This document shows positions 50,185 through 60,760 of a stretch of DNA of 64,000 bases, piece after piece (within the stretch, counting starts at the first letter, position 1; each line of letters opens with the position of its first letter). Made by a program: the position numbers and the translations under genes. Below the pieces are notes generated by a model. It worked only from the letters and a program-made list of their open reading frames with translations. It searched no databases and had not been told where the DNA came from. This stretch comes from Camelus ferus. Its lineage: Eukaryota. Where the stretch lies: positions 49,664,001 through 49,728,000 of the forward strand of contig NC_045696.1 of NCBI RefSeq assembly GCF_009834535.1. The letters are read 5' to 3'.

Positions 50185-51580
50185 GCTCACTGGTGTGGGG
50201 AATGCATTTTTAATTTTAAATCGTGTGATCAGGGCAGGCCTGAGGAACATGGTGACATTTGAGCAGCATCTTGAAGGAAGTGAGGGAGCCAACCTTGCAG
50301 ATAACTAAGGGTGGGGGAGGAATTCCTGGCAGAAAGGACACCGAGCTTAAAGGGCCTGAGATGGGAGCACATTCATCTAGGAATCTGGTCCAGGAATACT
50401 GAGGAAGCCATTGTGGAAGTGAGGCTAAGTGAGGGAAGTTGGGGAAGCAGGAGCTGAGGTCAAAGAATGATAGATCACATATTGTCCTTCTGGGCCATTC
50501 CACAGCTTTTAGCTTGAGCTCTGATTGAAATGAAGATCATTACAGGGTTTTGAGCAGAGGAGGGATATGAGTTGTCTCCATATTTAAAAAGGATCCCTTT
50601 GGCTGTGTGTTGAGAACTGCCTGCATGGGGGCAAAAGTAGAAATAGGGTGAGGATAAAGTCAAGACATGAGGGTAAATTAGGTGGTAATAACAGTGGAGG
50701 TGGTAAGCAGTTGAATTTTGGATTTATTTTGAAAGTAGAGCTGAAAATTATTTTTTCTGATGGATTGGATTTGAAAGGTGAGAGAAACAGAAAAGTCAAG
50801 GATGACACCAAGGTTTTTGGCCTGATGTGAGGAAGACTTCAGTTGGCAAAGGGAGATGGAGGGAGGAATTTCAGGATTTCAGTGTCAGAAATGTTACCTA
50901 GGAGAAGTCCCTAAGTGGGCAGTAGACTGGAGCAAGCAGTTAAAGGGAAGATGGTCAGGCTGGAGGCAAAATTTGGGAGTCATTACTGCATAGGTAGTCT
51001 TTAGCGCCATGAGACAGGATGAGGTCACCAAGGGAGTGTGTGTAGATAGAGAAGAGGTCCAAAGTCTGAACTCTGGGGACTCCACTGCTCAGATGCTGGG
51101 AGAAGGGAAGGGAGCAGCAAAGGGGACTGAAAAGGAGCAAGCAATGGAGTAGGAAAAACAACAACAACAAAAAAAAAACAAAACCATGAAAACGCTGTGG
51201 AAGTCCAGCTAAAATCGTTTCCAGGAGGAGAAAGAGTTCATTTCTGCTGATGGTTCAAGTGAGATGAGCTCTGAGAAAACTTCTAATCTAGTAGTTTGAT
51301 CTTGACAGAAGTTCTAGGGGACAGAGCAGAAGCAAAAGCCTGTTTGGAATAAATGGGAAGAGAACACTTGGAGACAGCTTTTCTTAACAACTCTTTAAAG
51401 GAGTTTTGCTGTGGCTGAGCAGGAAAACAGGGCAAGTGGCTGGAGAGGGAAGTGGCTTCAAGAGAGAGTTTTTTGTTTTTAAGGTGGGAGAAAGGACATG
51501 ATTTTATGGTGATGGGATGATTCAATAATTAGGGGGAAACTGATGAAGTGGGAGGTAAGAGAGAACTGCTGGAGTATTTA
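49968..51580 (-). mobile_element. Long L2 remnant including a decayed RT motif
   Basis: L2 tail cattcattcttgagcaccaactacaagccaggc at the left end; - strand ORF 50955-51170 GVPRVQTLDLFSIYTHSLGDLILSHGAKDYLCSNDSQI resembles the L2 RT GVPQGS..LFSxY..SLGDLI.SHG...YADD region, with the catalytic motif lost. Confidence 0.85.
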
Positions 51581-51744
51581 AGTGGTGTACTGATTCCTGT
51601 ATGTTCCTGCGGAGAAGAGCCAGGACAGGAAAAAAAAAAACTTCTGTAAAACACCAAGCAGTTCATAGGTGAATCACTCCCTTAAATTAGAAGTCAGATT
51701 TTTACTTGTACAAAAGAAAAGTGCATTAAATAAGTGCAATTAAT

Positions 51745-51910
51745 AAACAAATCACTATTTGTTGAGTGCCTACTGAGTGTCACTCATGGTATCAGGCACT
51801 TGGCATACATTATCTGGAAGCTTATTAACAATCCTGCAACATCAGTATCATTGTTACTACACAGTAGATGAAATTGTTCTTGGGAACTAAAACCACCTGC
51901 CCAAAGCCAT
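51745..51910 (-). mobile_element. MIR/L2 tail fragment
   Basis: tatttgttgagtgcctac...tcaggcacttggcatacattatct...aacaatcctgcaac...agatgaaattg. Confidence 0.6.
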
Positions 51911-52559
51911 ACTTTGTCATTGCTGATCACAAGTTAGTTTGCATTTCATTGTGCTCTTTCTTGCAGTTTTGAGTTCCTCGAGGGCCATGACCTTCACCTT
52001 TGTAAGCCTAGAGTGTCGCTCAGGATTTGGCAGAGGGTCACACGCCCGCGTGCGGAGGGGCACTGAGGTCGCCCTGGGTCCAGTTGGTCGCCTTCCGCGA
52101 AAGCGGCCACCGTTCCATCTGCATGGTTTTCATTGGCTGCAGCAACTGATCAAAACACGTTGGAAATAAAAAAAAAAAACTTTCAAGAGAAATAACTGAA
52201 AGGAAATCAGTAGAAGTTGGTTTAAAATCCTCAGCCGAGGCTGTTCTCCAACGATTTTGCATAACTGCTTTTCTGACGCATCAGGTACCTGCCCGCGGGC
52301 GAACTGTTGGGAGGCGGTGCGGTCACCTGGAGTTTCCCAGTAGAAACATCACCGTCGGGTGAGGAAATCGTCGCCTGAGGACGTGGACCCTCCCGCCCTC
52401 CTTCCAGCTCATTAAGAAAGCCTGCCACAAAAGTCTACTGCGCGGCTGGAAACGCGGCTGGGAGAAACTGGGTCCCGTAATGGGCCGACTGGCCAGGACC
52501 CCCCGGCAGCAGTAACAGCCCCAACTGCAAACTGCCCGGGAGCTTCACCGACTTCACGG

Positions 52560-52729
52560 CTCCGAGTCCCTCGGAGCCCGCCGCGGTGGTTACGAAGGGG
52601 GCCGGGGCACGGGACCGAGCCGCGCGGAGCCCACCACCGCGGCCCGAGGGGGACCGCACGCGGCGACTCGGCGCCCGGAGCGCGCCTCCCCTCCCCGGCC
52701 GCTGGGACCTGGCCGCGCGGACGCGCCAG
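52560..52729 (+). other. Candidate alternative first exon (start unknown) ending at donor CAG|GTGAGG
   Basis: Good donor consensus at 52727-52735 inside the CpG island. Confidence 0.35.
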
Positions 52730-52899
52730 GTGAGGAGGGGGCGGTGGGCGGCGCGGCAGAGGGGGCCGCGCCGGATCCGCACAGCCCAGCCGCTCCCCCG
52801 GGGCGCTGCCTCCCCCGCCGCCGAGTTGGTCGCCGCCCGTTTGCGCCGCGGAGGGTTGGGGGCGGAGAGGAGGCAGTGGCCGCCCGGGCCGGGAGGGGC

Positions 52900-53092
52900 G
52901 CGCTGACTGCACACCGCGAGTCCGGAGTCGCGGACGGCTGCGGCTGGAGCTGCGGCGGGGCAGGGGGCCGGGGGCCGGAGGCCGGAGGCCGGAGGGAGGG
53001 AGGGAGGGAGGGAGGGAGGGAGGCGGGGGCAAGGGCCAGGCGACGGGCGGCGGGGCGCGTGGAGAGCGGCGGCTCCGAGGAAAGATGAGGCG
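52900..53092 (+). other. Candidate first exon (start approximate) ending at donor GCG|GTGAGT; contains ATG at 53085
   Basis: Strong 5' splice site at the 3' edge of the densest CpG block; intron would start at 53093. Confidence 0.65.
52963..53029 (+). repeat. (GGRGGCC)4 followed by (GGGA)7; G-quadruplex-competent tract
   Basis: Heptamers at 52963-52990; seven GGG runs separated by single A at 52994-53021. Confidence 0.9.
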
Positions 53093-55379
53093 GTGAGTGG
53101 GTGCCGGGGCGCAGTTTCTTTGCTTCTCATGCAAGCTTGCAGGGACAAAAGCCAGGACTGGGATAGCAGAGCCTGGGCTGCGCTGCTTTGGGGGGCCCCG
53201 AACCCCCGGAATGGGTGGACCTCTGTTGAAAGATCCTGGGGAGGGCGTGTCGGGGTAGAAGAGAAGCTCACAGAACGATTCTAGGGAACAGGAGGGATTT
53301 GGGGGGACCGGAGGCAACTTTTGCCTGGAAGTCTGGAATTCCCAAGGAGAGAGAGATCGGGGTCTTCGGGATAGAGCTGCTTTGTCGCCGTGGGCGGAGG
53401 AAGAAGTTCGGTTGCTGGAGGGTGTGGGCGCGGAATTCAAGGACGACCCCCCCCCCCCGCCCCAAATATCTAGCTAGCTGCGCTTCTGGTCCACTTTGTT
53501 TCAAGAGTGGGGCTCTCGAGTTTTGAACCGCCCAGAACCTGCATTCCAGTTTGGCTTGGATCCCCCTCAAATTTACGGCATGGCGGTCTCGGAACCCCAA
53601 GAGATAGCGGCTGGAAGTGGGGAATGTTCTGAACCCCCGTTTCACCCGCGCCCGGCACGGCTGAGGCGTAACTGAAACGTTTGCTGGTGCACTGAACAAC
53701 TTAGTTCTAGCAGTCATCACTTATTAAAGCGCCGAGGACCTGGCTAACTCCCGCCACTGCCAGGAAATTAAAAAGCTGACCGGCTGTCCCTTCCAGGGTT
53801 GGGGTTTCCTGTTTGAAAGAGCTTCGAAAGTCGAACCTGCGCCCCATCTACTTTTCTTATGTAAAAGAGGGAACTGCGCCCGCAGCCTTTTATGTTGTTA
53901 GACATGCCCTGGGCTGGAAATCCTCTCGCCTGGCCCTGCCCTCATCCCTAGAAGTCTTCCTTCTGCTGCTCTGAAGTAGCTCTCAGGAGTTCTAGAATGC
54001 GCAGCTAGTCACAGCCAGACGCTGCTGGGAGTGGAACTCGGAGATGAGGCATAAAAATGTGCTTTTAGTGTAAATATGTGTCAGCCGCATTTCCCTTCAT
54101 CGTTATGAACGTATTAATTACAGATATTTATTTTCTAGTATTGGACGTGTAACTTTAAGCTTCCTAGTTTGGTTTAATTTAGGCGTTTGAGATGTGTCTG
54201 AGATACTAACTTACCTGAATTCAGCTGGGAGAGGTCTAAATGAGGTTCACAGTTTCAGAGGGTTAAACTTTTGCCCCGAGAGCACTTGAATTCTTGGTTC
54301 TCGGTAGGATAGCAACAGAGTAGTTGGATTTGGGATAAATAAACCTTTAGAGTTGCCCGCGGTTTTAACAGAATGGCTACATCCCTGGTACCATTGCCCT
54401 CAATTGTGTAAATATTTGTTTGAATAAAGAGCTAAGGTTCTTTGAAAGGTAACAGTTGTGTCTATTCATGATTCCCCTTTCACATCCTGGACTTAAGTTA
54501 TTTAAAAAAATTTTTTTAAAGCTGTTTTTGTGTTACATATTTAATGTGGAATTTTAAACATATGTGCTTAAGAAACTCTGTAAAGTCCCCAACGCATTTA
54601 TAACTGGCGTTTCCTTTAAAATTGAGGCGGAGTTGAGTTTTTGCTTAGTTGACTAGTGTAGCCTTCACCTCCCGAGACCCAGAGGTTTGCAAATCCCAGC
54701 CTTTCTCACAAATGGAAAAATGAGATGTTTGGTTAGGAGCAGTCATCATTTCAGTCAGTTTGCAAGCTTCTGTCTGTTTCATGCAGCTGGCAGCTGCTGT
54801 TCTTTTGGGCTGAGGACTGACTTTAGGGTTTGTCTCTTGGATTCCTGTTTGAAGTGGGGGAGGAAAAGATACTTGGGAAATTAGGCTCAGAGCTTGCTAA
54901 CTCCTATCTTAAAGAACCCTGGGTCAAAGCTGGAACGCTTTAGCAACCTTTTCATAATCATTTTATATACTGGCTTTTGCACAAGAGAGGGAAAAAAGAG
55001 CTGAAGTGATTAAACCCACCACTGGGTTTCATTATTTTCTTCAAAGCCCCATTTTGAGGTCTGTATGCAGTGGTTGATTCTGGAGTGCACTAGAGGAGTT
55101 CCTGTGAAAAACGGGATTCCTTTTAAATACTTTAAAAGAGCAGTTGAGGTTATAACTTTGCATGCTAATTCTCAACCCTTAGCAGGAAGGTGGTTCTATG
55201 AATAACTTGGAAAGACAGTGGTTTTGTACATCTTCCAAGTGGAATACGTGTTTTATAAATCTGACTGTCTGTTAGGCCTTGGTGTACTTTACTTATTAAC
55301 TGTGTAAATGTCATCTCTTTGAAACAAAACAACTTTCAAGTGATGTGCTTTATTTTGAAGCCCTGGTACACATTAACAG

Positions 55380-55592
55380 CAGTGGTTCTAAATGGAGGCA
55401 GGTGGGGTCAGGGAGAATTTGCTCCCCAGGGGTTACTGACCAAAGTCTAGAGACATTTTTGGTTGTCCAAACTGGGAGTTAGGGGCAACCCCAATTGCCA
55501 GCTGGGCTGGCATCTAGTGAGTAGAGGCCTCAGATACTATGTAATATCCTACGATGCGCAGGCCACTCAAACTGAATTATCCAGCCCCAAAC
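55380..55592. mobile_element. MER20-like hAT-Charlie element
   Basis: cagtggttct...tttgctccccagggg...tctagagacatttttggttgtc...ggcatctagtgagtagaggcc...aattatccagccccaaa. Confidence 0.85.
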
Positions 55593-55804
55593 TCTTCACT
55601 TGAGTAGCACCTTGAGGGCATATGTTAACAAGATTAGCGATCTTAATTTAATTTGGATCCTCAAGAAACTGACTGTTCTTCCTCAACACAAAGAGACCTT
55701 TTTGTCTGCAGCAGATTCTTTTGCCCTTGGCAGTAAAAGTCTTAATATAACCATAGATGTGAAGGAACTTGTGTTCACTGACTTTGAGTTGGCTTAAAAT
55801 TTTG

Positions 55805-55980
55805 GAATTTTGGAATGTTACAGTGCAAGGGAGCCTCAGAAATCACTGAGTTCAATCTTTTCATTTTATAAATACAAAAACTGAGATGCCCAGAGGTTAG
55901 TGACTAGTAAGGTCTCAAGTGAGTGATAGACGTTAGTTATAGGAACAACCCAAGATTAGAGAATTTAGAAACTGATTTTT
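55805..55980 (-). mobile_element. MIR (MIR3/MIRc-like)
   Basis: aagggagcctcagaaatcactgagttcaa...cattttataaatacaaaaactgag. Confidence 0.6.
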
Positions 55981-58464
55981 GGGCAAATGTAATTTTTTTA
56001 AAAAAAGGACCTGACCTTTTGTGAGAATTTAGAGGTAGCATTCTCCATGAAGAATTAAATAGACTCTGATGGGGGAAGGGTAGCATTAACTATGGTGACT
56101 GTGGAACATATGCCTGGGTGTGTCAGCTCCAAGAAAGGCACAATTCTATTGTGTGACCTGAGACACTCCACGTCTGATGCCTGCACCATCCTTCCCGTGG
56201 CAAAGTGGGCAACAGATGGTTCCACAGACATAGCAGATGCTGCTTTTGAATCCAGGTACAAAACAGAACATTTGAGATTTTTTTTGTCCCTCCTTGCCTC
56301 GTGGGTTAAGAGTAGAGGGCATGAATGGATAGGACAGAAGGGAGGATGAGAGAGGCCTCCTGAGTACAGAGTTAAAAAAGACACCTGTCATATAAGAAAA
56401 TGAGCATGCTTTAGGACAGTTGTGGGGGAAATTCATAAGCTGATGAGTGGCTTTCTAAGGTGAATGCGATATTTGCACAGAACTTTGGTTAAGAATCGGC
56501 TCTTTGAGGGACTAGAGCAAAATAATAAAGGGGGTAAAAAGAATCTCAAAAGTCCTCTTACCTGCATCCACTCACTTGGCTGGTGAGAACCTGCAAACCA
56601 GACCTCCAAAGTCCTGTTTCATTGCACTTTCTCTGCTCTCTCCACCCCCAGTCTCTACCATTCTATCTGTTTACTCAATAGGGAAGAGAATGATAGTAAT
56701 ATAAAGTTTTTGTTCATTTCCTAGGAGAGTTTTTAAAGCATGGTATTTGTGAATGGCTCTGGTTATGGAAAGGAGTGATCTCAGTGAATTTTTGTTGATC
56801 AGAAAAGTTGTGCACATTTAACCACTCTCACATTTACATTACTACGATTATACGATTAGCCAATAGGCCAGTGATTAGGGATTCTAGTCTTGTGTGCTAA
56901 GTGGTCCTGCCATGGTAGTTATAACCCTCAAATCTGGGAGGTTCTGGCAATATAGAAGAATTTTTTTAGTGTGCCTTTCTTGGAAGAGCTCTGAACCTCA
57001 ATGTTGTAGGTTCTTATCATTTTGACAACTGGCCAATGGTTGCACCTCAAAGCCAAGTACATAGCAGTATATTTAGAAATGATTCAGAAGTGATGACTTT
57101 TTTAAGGGGTCTGCTCTCTGCAGGTGCTACAATAAAGGGGTATAAATACCCTTTTCATTTTCACCTTTCATCTAGTCATTCTTATTTATCATAGGATGGG
57201 AGAGATAAAGAGTTTATTTATTTATTTTTTTTAATATAACTGTTGGCTAGAAATACTTATTGGCATTTGGTGAATGTGACTCTACTTTTGAAAGTGAGTG
57301 AAACCAAAACGGACAGTTCAGGTTTCCAATCCTTTCAAAATAAACATTTACTAAGGCAGAGCTTGTCTCTGCCACCCAGGAACTCAAATCTTCTAGAAGG
57401 TTAATTTGCACAGTTTTCATGATCTTTAGGAATGTTTCTTAGACATTGAAAAGAAGCTTTGTGCTGAATCTGCTTTAAAGGCAAAATTGTTACCTATAGC
57501 AGCGAGTGGTCAATAGAAGAAACCCAAGTATAAAAATCATTTTATTGAGATTCAGTGGGAAGGCTAGGGGCTGGAGAAGCTGGCCATACAAATAAGCAGA
57601 TAAAAAAGATATAGAGTAATAGGCAAAGTTATATGGAGACATTTTAGAGTTTTGTTTAACAAGAGATACTTGTTTTGCTTCGTGTGGGTAGGTTGATTTA
57701 TTAGATGAACTTCTTTTCCTTACTTAACAAATTAAGGGGGAAGAAAAAGTTTGTTCACGCCAATATTTAATATTGTGACCTCAAGCAAGGTCAGTCTTTT
57801 CTAAAATTTGCTGCTAAATCTAGAGTTCAGTGGAAATCGGTGTTGATCATCTTAGAATATTTTGTTTGCATGCAGCATGTGACCTCTCCAGATGGCAATA
57901 AGCTTATGGAATTAGCATATGGAAGAGCAAAAATGCTAAAGGTGATAAGATTTCTCCTAGATTTGCTTCTTGACCACTGTATTGCTAAAACAAGGGCAGG
58001 TAAAAGCACTGGAAGGCCAGCTTCTACAAGCTTTTGACCAGGTCAGACGCAGCCTGAGTAGTGCTTCTTGGGCAAGAGATATTCAGAGGGGACTGGGAAG
58101 TGAGGTCTGGCTGCCACACTGCTTACATCATTGCAGAAGTAGCTTTTCAAAAACAGCCTAAGATTTATTAAGGAAATTGCAAGCCATGGGAATGTAGGCA
58201 AAATATTTCTTATACATCATGCTGAATGAAATACCCATATTATATTACATTAACATAGCCCTGAGCAGGCCTTTTTCTCACTGTGTTGTGCTGAAATAAT
58301 TTACCATGCCCTTGGAATGTCATGAGCAACAGCGCCTGTGCAATCTTTTCCCAATTAGGTAGCTGCTACCTTATCACTAAAACATGTTTCTGTTCTGTGG
58401 TCATTTCCATTTCCTGCTTTGGATAGCTGGCACTCCTATGTTATTTAACTTGCATCTCTGGGAG

Positions 58465-58665
58465 TCTAGAAAGTTGGAGCCGAAAGAACATCTAGTTCAC
58501 CTTCACCATTTTAAACATGAGGAAACCTCTGCTAAAACAGGGTGAACACAGGCCAAGTGTCTTGCTCCGGCTCTTGCTTCTGTTGGTTATTTTGGCAGAA
58601 CCGGGACTAGGGACGGGTCTCCTGACTCATGTTCCTGGCAGCCTGTCCAGTATTCTTTGCACTAG
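58465..58665 (-). mobile_element. MIR fragment
   Basis: catctagttcaccttcaccattttaaacatgaggaaac...ggcagaaccgggactagg...ggtctcctgactc. Confidence 0.6.
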
Positions 58666-60179
58666 ATTAGCCATTACAATAAAAATAACATCCTAATGTA
58701 ACCATTTCCTTTATTGGGTCTTTTGGCTAGATACAGAAAACAGCATTGATTAAAGTTAATTTAGTCAGTTGCTTATTGATCTCTGCTGGTTCACGTCCTT
58801 CTGCCTTTTCCTTCCAAGCAAAAGAAATGGTTAAAAGGTAGGTAGCAGGAAAGGGAAAACTTAAATGTCTTCTAACACCCACTTTGCACAGTCAACAGTT
58901 AAGTAATGGAGAGATGGTGTCATTATTTTGTTTATTTTATAGTATTTTAAAAACCCATTCTCTCTGCTTTTGAATTAAAGGGGAAAAGCACTGTGACCGT
59001 GGGTGATGGGGTCAACTTCTGTTTGTTCGATCTCTCCTGAGGCTACTTATGCCCTGACTCTTCCCAGTTTATAGAAATTAGGGAAGGGAGTAGGGAACAC
59101 AGCGTGTTTGGATTTGGTAAATATTACTGTGGAAAAATAGAAGATGACTCTTAAGAGAGTGTATTTTGATCAGTAGTGTGGAGTGGGGACAGGATGGTGT
59201 GAAGATCAGAGTTTGCTCCCAGAGGCTCTCAGCTTCCAATTTCAGCCCATCGTGATGGTTTCAGGGTCAAGAGAGAGCATCTTTATCCCCATGTGATCCC
59301 AGAGTCAATATTTTCCTTGCATAAAATTGACTATTTTTAAAGGATGATTTTTCCTGCTTCAGGAAGTGGATCTGAAGTACAGGCGCACACAGACACTCAG
59401 GACCTCCACGTAGTTATTCCGTGCCTCTCTGCTTCTCGGCTTTGTCTTCACTGTGGTGATCACATAACAGAGGAGGATTCTTCAAGGTCTACAGTCAGAA
59501 TCACCTAAACCCGGGGATGAATTATGCCAAAGGCCAGGAAACATCTATAAACATTTGCTTTATTTGGGAAAGTTTTAATAACCTTTATTTTGGACTAAGA
59601 CTCTCAGGATTCATTAAGGAACACTGAAAATACAGGTTTGATTTCCTTCCTAAAGAACTCTGCCACTTTCAGAGAAGCCATCACATAATTTAAGAATATA
59701 TGAGGTATGTCAGTCTCTCTCTTAGCATAAATATGTTAAGGTATGTGTGTGTGTTAATGTTTTCTGAGGCTGCAGTTCTTCAAGATATGGCAGGTTTGGC
59801 TGGTTTTGTGTTTATTTTTCAACTTTCTGAAGAGGTGGTTTTTATTTGGGCACATGTAGTGGTGAAACTTAGTAACCCCACCTACCATTATCTTGTAAAT
59901 ATCCTAAATATAATGGTCTGATACTTGTAATCTGGACAGTGCATTTTCTTTCAAACTGCTCCAAGGTACTTAAAAAAATTGGCTTTTAGGAGCTTAATTC
60001 AACATGATAGAGAGTTAGTATTTTATACTTTAAAAAAATCACGTAGAAGTATGAACACATCTTCCTTTGTAAAGCGTTCTTTGTAAAGAACACATCCTTC
60101 ACTGTAATTTTTGCCAATACTTACTAATATATTTTTATTCATATTGATTTTCAGGATGCACACACATCTTTCATTTTTC

Positions 60180-60760
60180 AAATATTTTATTATGGAAAAT
60201 TTTAAACACAAAAATTTAAAGAATAATACAGTGAAAGCTCATGTACCCAACATTCAGTTTCAATACACGCTAATCTTGTTTCATCTGTAGACTTTACCCC
60301 CCTCCCCCCAACATAGATGGTTACAAAGCAAATTCCACATCCTGTAGTATTTTATTCAAAAATAATTAAAAATGTAAACCTAAGAGCTTAGGACTTTTAA
60401 AAAGTATAGCAGTATCATTATCACACCTAAAAATGGTAGTAATTAAAAGATCTTTTTTCCAGTCAGTGTTCAGATTCTCTGTCACATAGAATTTTTGTTT
60501 AATAGTTGGGTTGTTTAAAACAGGATTCATACAAGGTCTACACATGGCATTTAACTTGTGTGTCTCCCGAGTTTCTTTTAATCTAGAACGGTTCCCTCTC
60601 TTGTTTTGTTTTGTTTTTTCCTTACCATTTCCTGGTTAAAGACATTGGTTTTTTTTATTTTTCTGTAGACTTTCTCATATTTTAGATTTTAGTGATAGCA
60701 TCTCCATCATGCTGTTTAATATATTCCCCTGTTCCTTCTGTTTTCTGTCATCGGAGACAG
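60180..60760 (-). mobile_element. L1MC-like 3' fragment
   Basis: ttttattatggaaaattttaaacaca...catgtaccca...cattatcacacctaaaaa...aaacaggattcatacaaggtctacacatggcattt. Confidence 0.7.

Larger units (their letters stand above)
52010..53760 (+). promoter_or_regulatory. CpG island, probable promoter of a + strand gene
   Basis: Abrupt rise in GC and CpG content, strongest at 52540-53110; GC boxes; E2F-like TTCCGCGAAA 52093-52102; ATTGG 52132-52136; CRE half site TGACG 52274-52278; + strand splice donors inside; no TATA box seen. Confidence 0.92.

Noticed and set aside
52412..53440. 342 aa and 278 aa - strand ORFs, plus overlapping + strand ORFs, across the CpG island
   Set aside because: Pro/Arg/Gly/Ala-rich low-complexity translations, open in several frames because GC-rich DNA lacks stop codons; no recognisable domain.
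53900..53909. p53 response element (AGACATGCCC)
   Set aside because: Only one half-site; the flanking decamers do not match RRRCWWGYYY.
54209..54217. Perfect - strand donor CAG|GTAAGT
   Set aside because: Isolated 9-mer with no supporting exon; a single chance occurrence in a window of this size is unremarkable.
57885..57950. Possible small coding exon (ctctccag|ATGGC...AAG|gtgata; MELAYGRAKMLK) or CTCF-like motif
   Set aside because: Weak donor, no recognisable peptide and only a partial CTCF match; not supportable without conservation data.
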